This document shows positions 1-13,210 of a stretch of 64,000 nt of DNA, in pieces. The notes beneath the pieces are model-generated. The model was given only the letters and a program-made list of their open reading frames with translations. It was not told the origin of the DNA and searched no databases. This DNA is from Octopus vulgaris. Taxonomy: Eukaryota. The DNA is taken from assembly GCA_951406725.2 (NCBI GenBank), contig OX597819.1:125922001-125986000 (forward strand), written 5' to 3'. The position numbers were made by a program, and so were the translations under genes. Each line of letters starts with the position of its first letter. Within the stretch, counting starts at the first letter, position 1.

Positions 1-60
1 TAGGGGTCGGGGGAAAGGATAGGTGAGGAGGGGGGAGAGGGGGTTAGATGAGGAGGGGGG

Positions 61-311
61 AGAGTTGAGACCAAATGGCGTATAAGAGCGAAGAGAGAAG
101 ATTAATTCCTGTTCACGGCGCAAACGGGAATCCGGATGGCCTCTGTGTAAGGACAAACCGAACACAGATAGGTGTTGCAAGGAGTGACCGGTGGAGCGGA
201 AATGGCGTGAGACCGGTGTGTCGTTCGCAAGGTGGATGTCACGAAGGTGTTCCGCGAACCGGTCAGCCAAGCGGCGTCCCGTTTGTCCGATGTACAAGGA
301 ATTGCACACAC
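61..311 (-). mobile_element. Penelope-like retroelement, GIY-YIG endonuclease C-terminal fragment
   Basis: Manual minus-strand translation in a frame absent from the ORF track: CNSLYIGQTGRRLADRFAEHLRDIHLANDTPVSRHFRSTGHSLQHLSVFGLSLHRGHPDSRLRREQELIFSLRSYTPFGLNS. This has the YIG, R..EH, V..HF...H, R..RE and P.GLN motifs of PLE GIY-YIG domains. Confidence 0.9.
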
Positions 312-1170
312 AAAATAGCTAGTTGTAAAATCTCAAGAAAAGATGAGAGTAGTAACTATACTAACAAGTAAAGTTAATCGCCACATCAAAGTGGATGTTC
401 CATGTTACTATTCGTTTAACTCCAGGCAGATCTTCTGCCAGCTGGTTATTGGTGCAGCACTGCACCCCATATATTGCTCAGTTTGCCCCGGTGAGTTTAT
501 ATTTAATGTCACTATCATAACCAAGTAAATTATACCTCAATACCATTGTTATTTAATATTGCTATCGATCCAGGAGAAAAATATCTAATCAGGCATACAC
601 ACCCAATTTATTATGCTGTTTTGCCTGGATTCCTGGAAATAGTGTGGAATCATCTTCAAGATTTAGTTCCTTATAACCTCAACATAACTGGCCACCCCAC
701 GCTGTAAAGAATTATATAAGTTATTGTAAGGACCACCTTATGGTTTCATTAAAGATACGCCCTATCTAAAGTTTTCTTCTTAACCTTTTGTTAGCATGTT
801 TCTGTTGAAACACACATTTGCTTCAATTAATTTTGAAGATAATGAAGAATTTATTAAAATAACATTTTCGTGACCTTCTCACGCGAGTGTCATGTGACCA
901 TAATACGTGAACGTTGATTGATAAATTCGTACATTAACGGATAGAGTTCTGGGCCACATTTCTTTATAGCAACAACAAGAATAGACATAATTCGTGAAAC
1001 AACACCTTACTCTATACATTTTTGGAAATCTATTGTGAAACCAGTCAAATGTATTCTTATATTTAAAAAAAAATTGTTAAATTCTAAGCAATTCTAATTT
1101 ATTCTGGGTGCATGTATGCCTTTCAATTTCGTTTCTTCTATTCATCTACTTGTTTAGATTTATAACAAGT

Positions 1171-1234
<64 letters not shown>

Positions 1235-1253
1235 TATATATATATATAATATA

Positions 1254-1945
1254 AATTAGAGATAAAACCACTATTATGCAACTCAAACAGTGATAGACAT
1301 AAACCAATACATAAATAACAAATAATATATAAATAATATAATATATAATATATATATATTTTAAAAATATATTTATCTATTTATTTATTTTTTCCAAAAA
1401 GTATTAAAAGAATGATAAATATAATAAATATAATAAGTAAATTATAATATAAAATATATTTATCATTCTTTTTATACTTTTTGAAAAAAAAAATTCAAAA
1501 ACATATATATATATTATATATTATATTATTTATATATTATTTGTTATTTATGTATTGGTTTATGTCTATCACTGTTTGAGTTGCATAATTGTGGTTTTAT
1601 CTCTAATTCATATTTTATATATTTATACTGTGAAATTTGATTTAATACTAAATTGAATTTTTCCCTGTAAGTTTAGAGCTATACTCCCTAATATTATCAT
1701 ATTTGATACTGATTAGAAGATCGAAAATCCACCTGAAGATTGTCGGTAGCAGACATGAAACATTTGTAGTGGCGGTTTATTTAATTTATATTAAAATTTT
1801 ATGTATTGATTAAGTCTTTCCTTGTTTGGTTTTAAAATAGTGGTTTTGTCTCGAATTATATTATATAATATTTTACTATAAAATTGGATTTAACCCTAAA
1901 TCTGATTTTTCCCTGTAATTTTGGATTCATTCCCTAATATTTATT
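1254..1945. repeat. Penelope-type pseudo-LTR cluster: long inverted repeat plus diverged direct repeats
   Basis: 1254-~1422 is the reverse complement of ~1453-1608 (aattagagataaaaccac...catgattcttt-type arms; e.g. tatgcaactcaaacagtgatagacataaacc / ggtttatgtctatcactgtttgagttgcata). ~1590-1695 and ~1838-1940 are diverged direct copies (gtggtttt.tctc.aatt...tttttccctgtaa...tccctaatatt). Confidence 0.75.
1729..1772 (+). ncRNA. Minimal type I hammerhead ribozyme
   Basis: ccac-CTGAAGA-t-tgtc(ggtagca)gaca-t-GAAAC-attt-GTA-gtgg: stem I ccac/gtgg, CUGANGA and GAAA cores, stem II tgtc/gaca, minimal stem III, GUA cleavage triplet. Confidence 0.8.
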
Positions 1946-2329
1946 ATTATTATTATTATCATATATATATATATATATATACATAAGGGAAGAATTCGTT
2001 GTGTGACGACCCCTGTTTTGAGAGGGTATAGCCAAGGCAATATATATTTCCAAACAAAAGTGTAAAGATATGCGGTTGTGTCCTAAGATATGGGTATTGG
2101 CGCATGATAGACTTTATTATTACTCGTACTTGTGACCAACAAGATATTGTACTGTTATGGCCATGAGAGGCATGAGTACATGAGTACATTGCCTTATGGA
2201 GGCCTCTTTTAAAATCAACCTCAAAGTCAAAAGTAAGCATTCAGTCACTCGTCCTCGCAAGACTCATCAACTTCTAGCCCCTAATAACGTTTGCTTAGTC
2301 TCTAAATTTAATCCCTTTGTTACCTCTAT

Positions 2330-2950
2330 TGAAATCCTTAAACGCGAAGAAAGAAAACAAGATAGGTTTGATAATAGCTTGTACCATTTCAGCTCTTTTA
2401 TACAGATGTTGAGTATGGGTGGTCATCCACAAATCTTGCAGAGTTTCCACTAATACTACTTGCGCATAATTTTGAATAAAAATTGGACATCCATTACATC
2501 AAATACAAATCTTTTGGGAACGTCACATTCCAAGCATAGAAAGTATTTTTCTTATGTATCGTCTTCGATGGTGCAGATGCTTTGTTAGAATGGCTGATCA
2601 TCGCACCTAAAAACAAATATTTTAGGTTAAAATTTCTGGGTCATACAGCACATTCTACTATGAAACACCTCTAGGACTTGAGCACGAATCATGCACTTCG
2701 TTGAAACACTGAAAAGAATTCGTAATCTAAACAAGTCATTAAGTGATTGCAAATGATTGAGATAAATGCGCAATTTCTCTCAAGAGAACATCAAAGCTGC
2801 ACCAACAGAGGTGCCAAAACCTACAAACAGAACAATATTGCAGGGGCACGAAGGAAGCACGAACTGTGCAAGTCCAAAGCCTGCTTCTCGCCTTCAGTTC
2901 AAGCAGACTACTAAGGCTCGAGTTTTCTGAACACATATCGGACTAAATCA
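2330..2950 (+). mobile_element. Highly decayed RTE-clade LINE 3' fragment
   Basis: Frameshifted peptide pieces LRIILNKNWTS, IPSIESI and YRLRWCRCFVRMADHR match the RTE C-terminal LR.IL...W / IPSI...LRW.GH..RM pattern (compare 30047-30613). Confidence 0.6.
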
Positions 2951-3229
2951 TCATCATCATCATTGTTCGACCGTGGTCGAAACAATGGAATTTACTATGT
3001 TACGCCAGACTTCACGGTCCATTATAGCATTACGGAGGTCCTGTTGCTGGATGCCTGTATCCCTGGAGATTGCATCAGGGTAGGAGAGTGTGCGCCCTCT
3101 GGTATTGCGAGTAGATGGCTTCCAGAGAAGAGTAGAAATTACTTCTTTTTCAGCTCTACAACAATGTCCAGCAAACTGGACTCTTCTACCTTTCACAAGA
3201 GATGAAATGGCCGCAACTGGACACACCAT
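2948..3229 (-). mobile_element. RTE-type LINE 3' end with (ATG)n tail
   Basis: ORF 2960-3229 ISSLVKGRRVQFAGHCCRA...LLWKP...RGR...Y.D.I.RDTG...M.DREVWR is followed directly by tgatgatgatgat. Confidence 0.8.
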
Positions 3230-5068
3230 GCTCCGTTTTTCTTCTCCTATATGATGTACTACGTCATCGTCGACAACGACGAACGAACAACGGATGTGTG
3301 CGTATGTGTATTTGTGTGTGTGTGATCATTTGATATTTCACTTACACTATATCAAAAGTGATATTTATGTTTAAAAATTTGTCACATGAGAAATGTTTCA
3401 TTATTTCCCCTAAGTACGTTGCCTAAAACATAAAAATCATAAAACATGACAGGTTTTGGACCAGATAAGGGACGCTATGTTTTCGATGTGCGCGTGTTTG
3501 CCTATTTGTGAGCGTATGTATATAAGCGTGTGTGTATTTTTTGGTTTAAATGTACACAACTTGGTCTTTTAGAATGTATGTGTGTATTTAAACCTGCATG
3601 TGCTTCTGAATAGCTTGAGCTTTTGTGTGTAGTTTTATACAGCTAACACTTCTTTGTGTATGCATGCATATATGTATGTATTGTATGTTTGTATGTATGT
3701 TTGTTTGTGTGTATACGTACGTAAAAGACGATATACAGCCGTGTGTAAAATAAATAGATAGGATAATTGATAGATAAATACATAAATAGATAAATAAATG
3801 AATGTAATAGAGAGATATAAGGATTAGCACCAGAGCGGAGCATTCACCATCTGTTGCTAAACGACGGCTTCCAAGATTTGAAACAACTACTTGTGGGTCA
3901 TTTTGCCATCCTGCGCCAACGTTGCTTCTTTTTCTTCTCACCACCTTCGCCCGCCCCCACCCGCTCTCTGTCTCTTTCTCTCGCTGTTTTTCTTCCTTTT
4001 CTCCCTCTTCCTTCTTTACTGAACGCCCTGTAAAGAAATATTAGTTCAAGGAAGAAGAGTAATGGATTCAATCTATTATATTCTACATATATTTATTACA
4101 CTTAATGCCCTCATCAGACTGAGCTTCATCGAGTGTAGAGCAGTATCTGGTCTACATCTGTTGCAAACACATATTTGTTGTTGTTTCATTTTTTTTATTT
4201 ATAATTTATTATTTGTTTTCTATTTACTTTCTCGATCTCTCACTGCGTTTCGTATTCCTCACTTTTTTTCTTTTTGTTTTATTTTTACAGTAATCTTAAA
4301 ATACTTCTCTAAAAATAATGAGTTCTTAATTAGGCATGAAGGCATGCGATTAAGAAGATGTTTAGAAGAGAAAGAGAGAGAGAGAGGTGGGGGAGAGAAA
4401 GAGAGAGAGCGCGCGAATGAAATAGATGTTTGTGACATTCGTTTCTCACAGTACATGGACACCAACATGAGCAAACGAGGTAATCTCTTGGTGGTCGGTT
4501 TTCACGTTAGAAATAGTTGCTAAATCTCTCTTTTATCGTATCATTTTGAGTAGGTCGCAATTGCCAGGAGGCATTTGTTTACTTTCCACTGAAAGGGAAC
4601 ATAATTTTCAGAACTCAAGAATTAATCGCACCTTTACACACACACACACACACGTATATATCATACTTCATTTATATGTGCTTTTGATTTTTGAGTTTTT
4701 GAAATTGAAAACACTGACTTCAAAACCAGGAGTCATCGCTGGCAGAAAGACACACATATAAAGAAAAAGAAAAGAAACGATGTAGTGTTGTAGCTATTTT
4801 GTAGACAATTAATAGTTAAAATAGTTTCAATAAGGAATAAAAACCAGACTTATTCATGAGTGATTATTATAACAATATCAGAAATGCACACACAAGCTTC
4901 AATTTGCTGGAAATAGCGGTAAAATATTTACTAAATAACATCCCCTTCTATCTTGTTAAATGGATGTTACAGTTCCAGAAATCTCTGCCTGAGAAAAAAT
5001 GGTAAATTGGTTATAGATGATAGATTGATAGATTCGTTGATCAAGCTTGGGTCGAAACAGCAGCAGCA

Positions 5069-5460
5069 GTGGAGGCGCAATGGCCCAGTAGTTAGGGCAG
5101 CGGACTCGCGATCGGAGGATTGCGGTTTCGATTCCCAGACCGGGCGTTGTGTGTGTTTATTGAGCGGAAATACCTAAAGCTCCATGAGGCTCCGGCAGGG
5201 GGTGGTGATCCCTGCTGTACTCTTGCCCTCCAACTTTCTCTCACTCTTTCTTCCTGTTTCTTGTCCCCGACTTCCTACGCAACCGCTGAGCCTGGATGCG
5301 CATTCATCCATCCGTCGATGATCTCGGTGTCGGGGTTGACCTGCTTTCTCTTCTGCGAGTCTTACGAATAGCAAAGGACCACGTTTCGGACTTCTCCCAC
5401 TACTTGTGAGCTCTGGGACGAAGACCGCTTCGCTCAATAGCAACAACAGCAACAGCAACA
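5069..5460 (+). mobile_element. tRNA-derived SINE family C, full length
   Basis: Head ggaggcgcaatggcccagtagttagggcagcggactcgc...ggtttcgattcccagacc with A/B-box-like motifs, body, and (CAA/CAG)n tail. Near-identical copy at 16313-16700. Confidence 0.85.
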
Positions 5461-6980
5461 ACAAAGACCCTGACAGTAACAACTTCAACTTCAACTTCCA
5501 GAATTGGTCCAAAATCACACATTTGTAGAAAGGTGGAACAATTGATTGAACCTACACCAGCATATAGCTGGTATAAATTCTGTATTGACTCTAGATAAAC
5601 GTCGAAAAATCAACACTATAACGGCTGAGCTCGGCTCGTAGAAGAGGAACGAAAAATAAAATCCTTCAAAATAGCATTGATACCGGTTCTCTTGAGTTTC
5701 TGCTTTTCTAGATATATCATTGGCCTCTTTTAAACCAGGGATCAGAGTGCTTTATTTGTAGAATAACAGAAAAATAGTTGTTTAGCAGGCTTTCATGTCT
5801 TCTCCTAAGGACAATGCTAGAGCACATCTGATGAAATAGCTGACCGAATGCTACGCAGCAACTATAATTGAATAATTCAATATATGTCCAACATGTTTAG
5901 GTTATGTTCTACAGTTTTCTCACAAACGATTACTTGTGTCCCTTGGTGTGAACTACTGAGCCAACAATAAGCCCTGAAAGAAATTAACAGATTAAATAGG
6001 CGAGTATAAAACTGATTCTTTATTTAGCGATCCCGAAAGGCAAAGTTGATTTCGGTGAGATTTGCAATTAGAATGTAAGAAACCCGAACAAATTTCTGCA
6101 AGACAGTTTTCTGCCATCCGTCATCCTATGTTAAATATAGTATTCACAAATCAGTGAGCATAAGAATAGTATAAGAAGGAGGAGATGGTGAATAATAATT
6201 CACTCATATGACATGCGCGAAAATCAAATCTCCTAAAATTTCGTCTTCCTACACTATCAAGAATTAATAAGGAAAGTTCGTTTATTAAAAAATACCAGCC
6301 ACTGCTGAACAGGCTATAAAAACATGAGTAATACACGATTTGCCGCTTCCTATTAATTAATTATTGTAGAATGTATACTTGGGCTCGCTCTAAAGAAAGT
6401 CAAAATTCATGAAGCAGCTATCATCTATCTGATTTACTCTACACCTCGTTATCTTACTCTTTAGGGGGAATTCAACAAAGCTACAAGAGAGAATGCATAT
6501 TTTTGATTGTTGCTAATGTTTAACCCCAGGTGATTCCTGATTGAGCAGATCTCGGATCAAAGATTTTCCAGTGATGATCAGCTGTATCGTATCTACGATT
6601 TCACAACACTCTATCTTATCGACAACTACACCTTAAAAATGGAGAGTACTGCCCCTTGGTGGATGGAAGTGGAAAATTTCATGTAGGTACGAAAGAAAAG
6701 GACTGATAGTAACAGATGCAGCTTTTAGTTGCACTAAATTTTTAAAATGTTTTCAATTATTATTCTTAGTGAGAATCATCTACTAATACAGGTAGTCAAA
6801 ATGTTGTTTGGAAATCATATTATGCTGATGAAATGACTTATGACTGAGTCATCATTTAATGGCGGTCAGCGTATCGGCCAATATTTTGTATTGTATTTTA
6901 TTTTGTTGAACCGTAGCAAAAGAACGTTAAAAGTGTGTTAGTAAAGAAGAGGAATAACAGTTAAAAAGTTTGAAAAGCAT

Positions 6981-7210
6981 GGCAAGCTGGCAGAAACGTT
7001 AGCACGCCGGGCGAAATGCGTAGCCGTATTTCGTCTGCCGCTATGTTCTGAGTTCAAATTCCGTCCAGGTCGACTTTGCCTTTCATCCTTTCGGGGTCGA
7101 TAAATTAAGTACCAGTTACGCACTGGGGTCGATATAATCGACTTAATCCGTTTGTCTGTCCTTGTTTGTCCCCTCTGTGTTCAGGCCCTTGTGGGTAGTA
7201 AAGAAACAGA
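6981..7210 (+). mobile_element. tRNA-derived SINE family A
   Basis: gctggcagaaacgttagcacgccgggcgaaatgc...gagttcaaattcc (B box)...gcctttcatcctttcggggtcgataaattaagtaccag...ccttgtgggtagtaaagaaa. More than 15 copies or fragments in the window. Confidence 0.9.
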
Positions 7211-7556
7211 TATACAGGCTGTCCTTCGTTGGCTTGCCTATGTCAAGTTTTGTACGAAAGTGTGCGTGTGCATGCATGTGCGTGTGTGAGTGTGTGTGTG
7301 TACATACATTGTAGTAATTATCTGAACCTCATTCTTTTTTTTAAAATTTAGTCACCCTTGTAATTAAAAATATTCACCTCCTGCTTGAGCAGATACTAAA
7401 GTTAGCCAAAGTATTTACAATTCATATAACGCGTTTAAATTTACAGAACAAACAAACTGCTATATATTTAATGAACTAAGGTCAACATTTGAGCTCAGCA
7501 AGGAAACGAAACTAACAAGATTAAAAGCATTCAGCCCGGTGTCTCACACTTTGTAC

Positions 7557-7789
7557 CTGTTTCTTTATTAACCACAAAGGGCTAAACATAGAGGGGACAA
7601 CCAAGGACAGACAAACGGATTAAGTCGAATACATCGACCCCAGTGCGTAACTGGTACTTATTTAATCGACCCCGAAAGGATGAAAGGCAAAGTCGACCTC
7701 GGTGGAATTTGAACTCAGAACGCAGCGACAGATGAAATACCGGTAAGCATTTCGCTCGGCGTGCTAACGTTTCTGCCAGCTCACCGCTT
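7557..7789 (-). mobile_element. SINE family A with 17-bp TSD
   Basis: Full-length minus copy flanked by tgtctcacactttgtac at 7540-7556 and 7790-7806. Confidence 0.9.
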
Positions 7790-7888
7790 TGTCTCACACT
7801 TTGTACTGACTTGCTACTCCTTTAAAATTTATAAACTTTATGGTAGCAGATAGGGAATGAGATTGCATGGTAGATAGTCATGTCTTTC

Positions 7889-8400
7889 TCAGGCGTGGTT
7901 GCATGGTAAGAAGCTTTCTCCGCAACCACATGGTTCCGGGTTCAGTCCCACTATGTGGAACCTTGGGCCAGTTTCGTCAACTGGCCGACCAGAGCCTTGT
8001 GAGTGTCTGTGTTTATCTCCACCATCGTTTGACAAAGCCTTGTGAATGGATTTGGTAAACTGAAAGAAGCCGCTTGGAGGCGGCCGTATATCGTAGCAAT
8101 TGCGACGACGCGACGAATGCACGGTGCCAAGTGGGCCACTTTTGGTAAGCAGAACTGGTGATGTGGGATGTGTGCGTGTATCTACGTGTGTGTATCTTTG
8201 TGTCCGTGTCTGTTCCACTATCACCGCTTGACAACTGGTGCTGGTGTGTTTACGTTGCCGTAACTTAGCGGTTCGGCTAAAACGACTGACAGAATATGTA
8301 CTAGGCTTTAAAAAGTCCTGGAGTCGATTTGTTCGACTAAAACGCTCCAAGGCGGTGGCCTAGCGTGGCCGCAGCCAAAATGACTGAAACAAGTAAAAGT
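7889..8400 (+). mobile_element. tRNA-derived SINE family B (diverged copy)
   Basis: aggcgtggttgcatggtaag...ggttccgggttcagtcccact...ccttgtgaatggatttggt...internal (TG)n...ggcggt...tggccgcagcc.aaatgactgaaacaagtaaaag tail. Confidence 0.8.
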
Positions 8401-9138
8401 TCTACGCAAGATGATTGAATACGCTCCCAGTTGGAGTGGAAATCGATTCTTCAGCTCTACATAACAGTATTTTATCTAATCCCATCTTTTGTTCTTCACT
8501 CGCAGAGGAATGAAAGAATAACAATATCTGTTTTATTACAATATACAACACCAATGTAAATATAGTTCACATTTTTATGTTAATGACGAAAAAACAAGAC
8601 AAATTTAGAGCTGTTACCGCATCCCCCAACACACCTAAAAGTTATGTACTTAACAACGTACATACGACACAGACATTTCACATGTAAATACCTAAATGTA
8701 CCGACAAGCTTGTTACTTCGTTACTTACAAAATATAGCACTTGGGTTTCCTTGTTAGCTAGGGTCAATTACATGCAAACATGACAGGCAGTAAGGAGCGA
8801 AAACTAACTCGACTGTTCGGGGGCTTCTTTTTTTGAACGTGTGTTTGCAGATTGTTATTTTATTTAATTATTTATTCGTTTTCGTTTTACTAAAACTGTA
8901 CTCGAGTGACACCAAACACGCCAGCTTTGTTAACCTATCTCGGTTTGCTGTTTTTGTCTGCTCCGGAACTGACTATGAGTCTATGTCTTGTGGAGTCGCG
9001 CGTGCAAGCTCGTGGGCACGAGCACACAAATACACGAACGCAAATAACCCACATACCTGGAGACGCGCGCTTTCACATTTGGGTGGACACATAGATAAAT
9101 ATATGTAAATATATTCAACTACCTATATTCATATGTGC

Positions 9139-9186
<48 letters not shown>

Positions 9187-9426
9187 ATATATTATATATT
9201 AATATATATATATATATTATTAATATATTATATATTTATATATATATTACACATATATATATATATATATATGTATATGTTTACATATAACTACCTACTC
9301 ACAAGCACGAGTATAGGTACTTGAATATATGTAAATATATTCAAGTACCTATAATTATACGTGCATGTACATATATACATATATTATTAATATATTATAT
9401 ATATGTATATATATATATATATATTT

Positions 9427-9504
<78 letters not shown>

Positions 9505-9642
9505 TACGCATGTGTGTCTGTATGTATGTGTGTACGTGTGTATGCGTGCGTGTGAACAACAAAAGGTATTACGGTCTCTGTTAATGCAACTACCGTAACA
9601 TACTCGGCAAGGTGAATACAAAGAGAGAAAGAAAAAAACAGC

Positions 9643-9710
<68 letters not shown>

Positions 9711-9993
9711 TATCATGAACTCAAAGACCCCAATACACATAAATATTACGTTAGGTGCAATACGTGCGATGTCTCTCTTGTTTTGCTCTATATATATCTG
9801 AGTGTGTGTATGTGTGTATTTTTTAATCGGCAGAAGTTACAGACGTTACTGAAGGACCGTGAGCTTCGTACGTTGGCGCTTACCGAGCTGGTTTCAAATT
9901 GGCGGGCTTACATTTACCGTCAAAATATTACCATATATACATATACATCATATACATATAATATAATTATATATATAGTGTATATATATACAT

Positions 9994-10063
<70 letters not shown>

Positions 10064-10094
10064 AAATAAGCAACAAGAATAACTCCAGTAATTT

Positions 10095-10136
<42 letters not shown>

Positions 10137-10199
10137 CATATAGTAAGAATTTACAAAAAAAACCCCAAAAAACGAAGACAGGTGTGTAAACATATATAT

Positions 10200-10230
<31 letters not shown>

Positions 10231-10400
10231 GTTAATCCAAACAAGAAAACACACAAAAAAACACAGCAACGCGAGGACGTAGAACAATTAAAGTATTATT
10301 TGACGCTCAGGAAAGAAGGGAAGGAGGGTTTAACGTTTCGAGCGGAGCTCTTCGTCGGAAACAAGGAGAAGAAAAGATCCCGAGAAGGGAAGATAGAGGA
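10231..10400 (-). mobile_element. Penelope-type terminal repeat with degenerate hammerhead (10330-10361)
   Basis: Minus strand ttt-CCGACGA-a-gagc(tcc)gctc-GAAAC-GTTA-aa. The segment gttaatccaaac...gaacaatta.agtattatt recurs truncated at ~52781-52840. Confidence 0.6.
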
Positions 10401-10567
10401 AAAAAATATTTTTGTTGGTGGTGCTCAAAAAATATTTTTGTTGATGGTGCTATATATATATATATATATATATATATAGCAAAATTTAGATTCAGATGAA
10501 AATGGTACTTAAGTTAAAGGCACCAGAATTTTGTATAGTATTATCCATATAAATCAAATGGGGTGAT

Positions 10568-10714
10568 TATAATCAAAATAAGCAACAAGGATATCCAACG
10601 TAGTGCTCGACATTTTAAAACTGATGTAATACTTACAGTGTTTAATAAAATGAAGTAGCATGAAACAATTGTACTACACTACCTTGGATATCCTTGTTGC
10701 TTATTTTGATTATA
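10568..10714. repeat. Inverted repeat, ~38-bp arms
   Basis: tataatcaaaataagcaacaaggatatccaacgtagtg / cactaccttggatatccttgttgcttattttgattata. A partial copy of the arm also occurs at ~10060. Confidence 0.8.
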
Positions 10715-11339
10715 TTTATATATAAAATATCTTCGTGCAAAGATAAGCAGATTAAGAGATAAGATGGACATGTTCATAGAAAGGAAATATAGATAAGATT
10801 TGAAAGGATGTGGACAACTAAATAGAATGAATGAAAAAAATTTTGAAAAAAACCGCCACTAGAATTATGGCTTGTTATGAGCTCAATTACAATTGATATG
10901 AAATAAAATCATTAATGAAGAGAAAAGATTTGTTATGCAAGGAAAAAACTATGCAATAAACACTAAAATGCTGACGACATTTCACATAAAATATGGAATC
11001 ATTGGGGACAAAACACGAAATTGTGTAATTAGTATTTTTCTCTTTAAGACCTCCAGATGAATTTGGTAAATGCTCGGTACTTTCTTTTTTATAATTAGAT
11101 GAATGTATATATAGCTATTACCTCGCATTGTTTTGACTTTTAAGATGAAGTTACCCCACTGGCCGGGTGGGCAGGCCATTTATTACCTCTTTAGTTTAGC
11201 TAGCAGCCAACGTGATCGCTTCCGCAATGTAGTCCTTTTGATAAGATATACAGCCCGATACCATAGCCATCGAACAACCAATACAACTGCTGTACAACTA
11301 TGAGGTACTGTTGTAGGTCCCCGCAGATTTTACGAAAAA

Positions 11340-11510
11340 AAAAGCAAAAGACGAAGACAGGTGGTGTACAAAACAAACAGATATACTAGTATAACACTCA
11401 AGAATAGAAAAAGTATTTTATGTTTCGAGCTTACGCTCTTCTGCAGAAAGGGACACAGAAAAAACAAGGAGAGAAAAAAATGTGTGTAGTGGCTAAAGAT
11501 CTATCATGGC
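11340..11510 (-). mobile_element. Penelope-type terminal repeat with degenerate hammerhead (11416-11450)
   Basis: Minus strand ttt-CTGCAGA-a-gagc(gtaa)gctc-GAAAC-ATA-aaa. Shares acgaagacaggt with the copy near 10170. Confidence 0.5.
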
Positions 11511-11839
11511 GTCTATGTGTATATATATACATATAGATTGATAGATATAGATACATGTATATGTATATGTATGTATATTATATTGTACTATATTGTATTA
11601 TATACACATATTGACAGGGCTATAGAATGATAGATATAGAGATACTCACAGACGCATACAGACACACAGTCATATACAGATTTGCCATGTATTTTGTTTA
11701 TATTTGTTGAGTAAAACTGTTTCAATGTTCAATGCATGAATCAAATGGAAGAGAGGTATGTACAAATCTAAACCTATATGTTCCTACACGAATATAAAGA
11801 TACAGTGAAGGCGATTTATTAAAATTCATATATATCTAT

Positions 11840-11908
<69 letters not shown>

Positions 11909-11954
11909 ATATATATTTATATACATAATACATATGTATATACTATATATTTTT

Positions 11955-12045
<91 letters not shown>

Positions 12046-12488
12046 ACACACACACACACACACATATATATATACATACATACACATACATACACATATG
12101 AACATTGTATATAATATATTACATATAAAATATACGTATCCTTACATCTGCGTATGTCTGTGATCAGTGTAGCGTGATATCTTTATACGATATCAATTGA
12201 GATTATTTATATTTTCATTATGTGTCCCGTTAAATCAATATCGACACAATTGTCTAATATATACACATGTAATATTATACATTGAGATATAAAGAAGAAA
12301 GTAACATATTCAACTTGTAATAGAAAGAAACATGAATCATATTCTCATAGACCTCCCCCACTCTCACTCTCACCGTCTCCCTTTCTGTCTTTCAATAAAA
12401 TTATTTTTCATTTACTTTCATTTTCTCATTTCCCGCGAAATGATTTTCTGCCATATACTTACTCGTTCTAGAACATTTTAATCTAACC

Positions 12489-12817
<329 letters not shown>

Positions 12818-13095
12818 GTGTCTACTTTTCTCTCTCTCCCACACATAACATGTATGTGTGTTCGCGTGCATATATATTTTTATTTCATGTAGATGCAAAT
12901 AGTTCATACACACAGGCGTATGCAATCATACGCGCATCACACATATTGTCTGTAAGCTTACACGTGTGTTTACACGTGCGTGCGTGTGTGTGAGTGAGTG
13001 TGTGTGTGTGTGTGTGCGTGTGTGTGTGCTTGCCTATGTGTTTATGTGTATTTACTGCATAATTCCGTTCGTGTAATCAAATATGGATACACATA

Positions 13096-13195
13096 NNNNN
13101 NNNNNNNNNNNNNNNNNNNNNNNNNNNNNNNNNNNNNNNNNNNNNNNNNNNNNNNNNNNNNNNNNNNNNNNNNNNNNNNNNNNNNNNNNNNNNNN
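13096..13195. other. Assembly gap (100 N)
   Basis: Run of N. Confidence 1.
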
Positions 13196-13210
13196 TGATA
13201 ATATCGATAA

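Noticed and set aside
75-371. ORF-track proteins 75..371 (+) and 102..311 (-)
   Set aside because: Shadow frames of the Penelope GIY-YIG coding frame.
3824-3860. TAGCACCA (miR-29-like seed) in a small hairpin
   Set aside because: Stem is only ~10 bp, too short for a pre-miRNA, and the rest does not match miR-29.
5069-5150. tRNA-like sequence
   Set aside because: No proper acceptor stem, and it continues into a SINE body in every copy.
6938-7123. Recurrent small ORFs such as MRNWYLIYRPRKDERQSR that look like a multicopy peptide family
   Set aside because: Antisense reading of SINE A, mostly with GTG/TTG starts and variable ends.
9133-10287. Many ORFs with YIYI/THTH, and elsewhere LSIY, poly-V/H/P/D/K translations
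   Set aside because: They are translations of di-, tri- and tetranucleotide microsatellites that lack stop codons, not genes.
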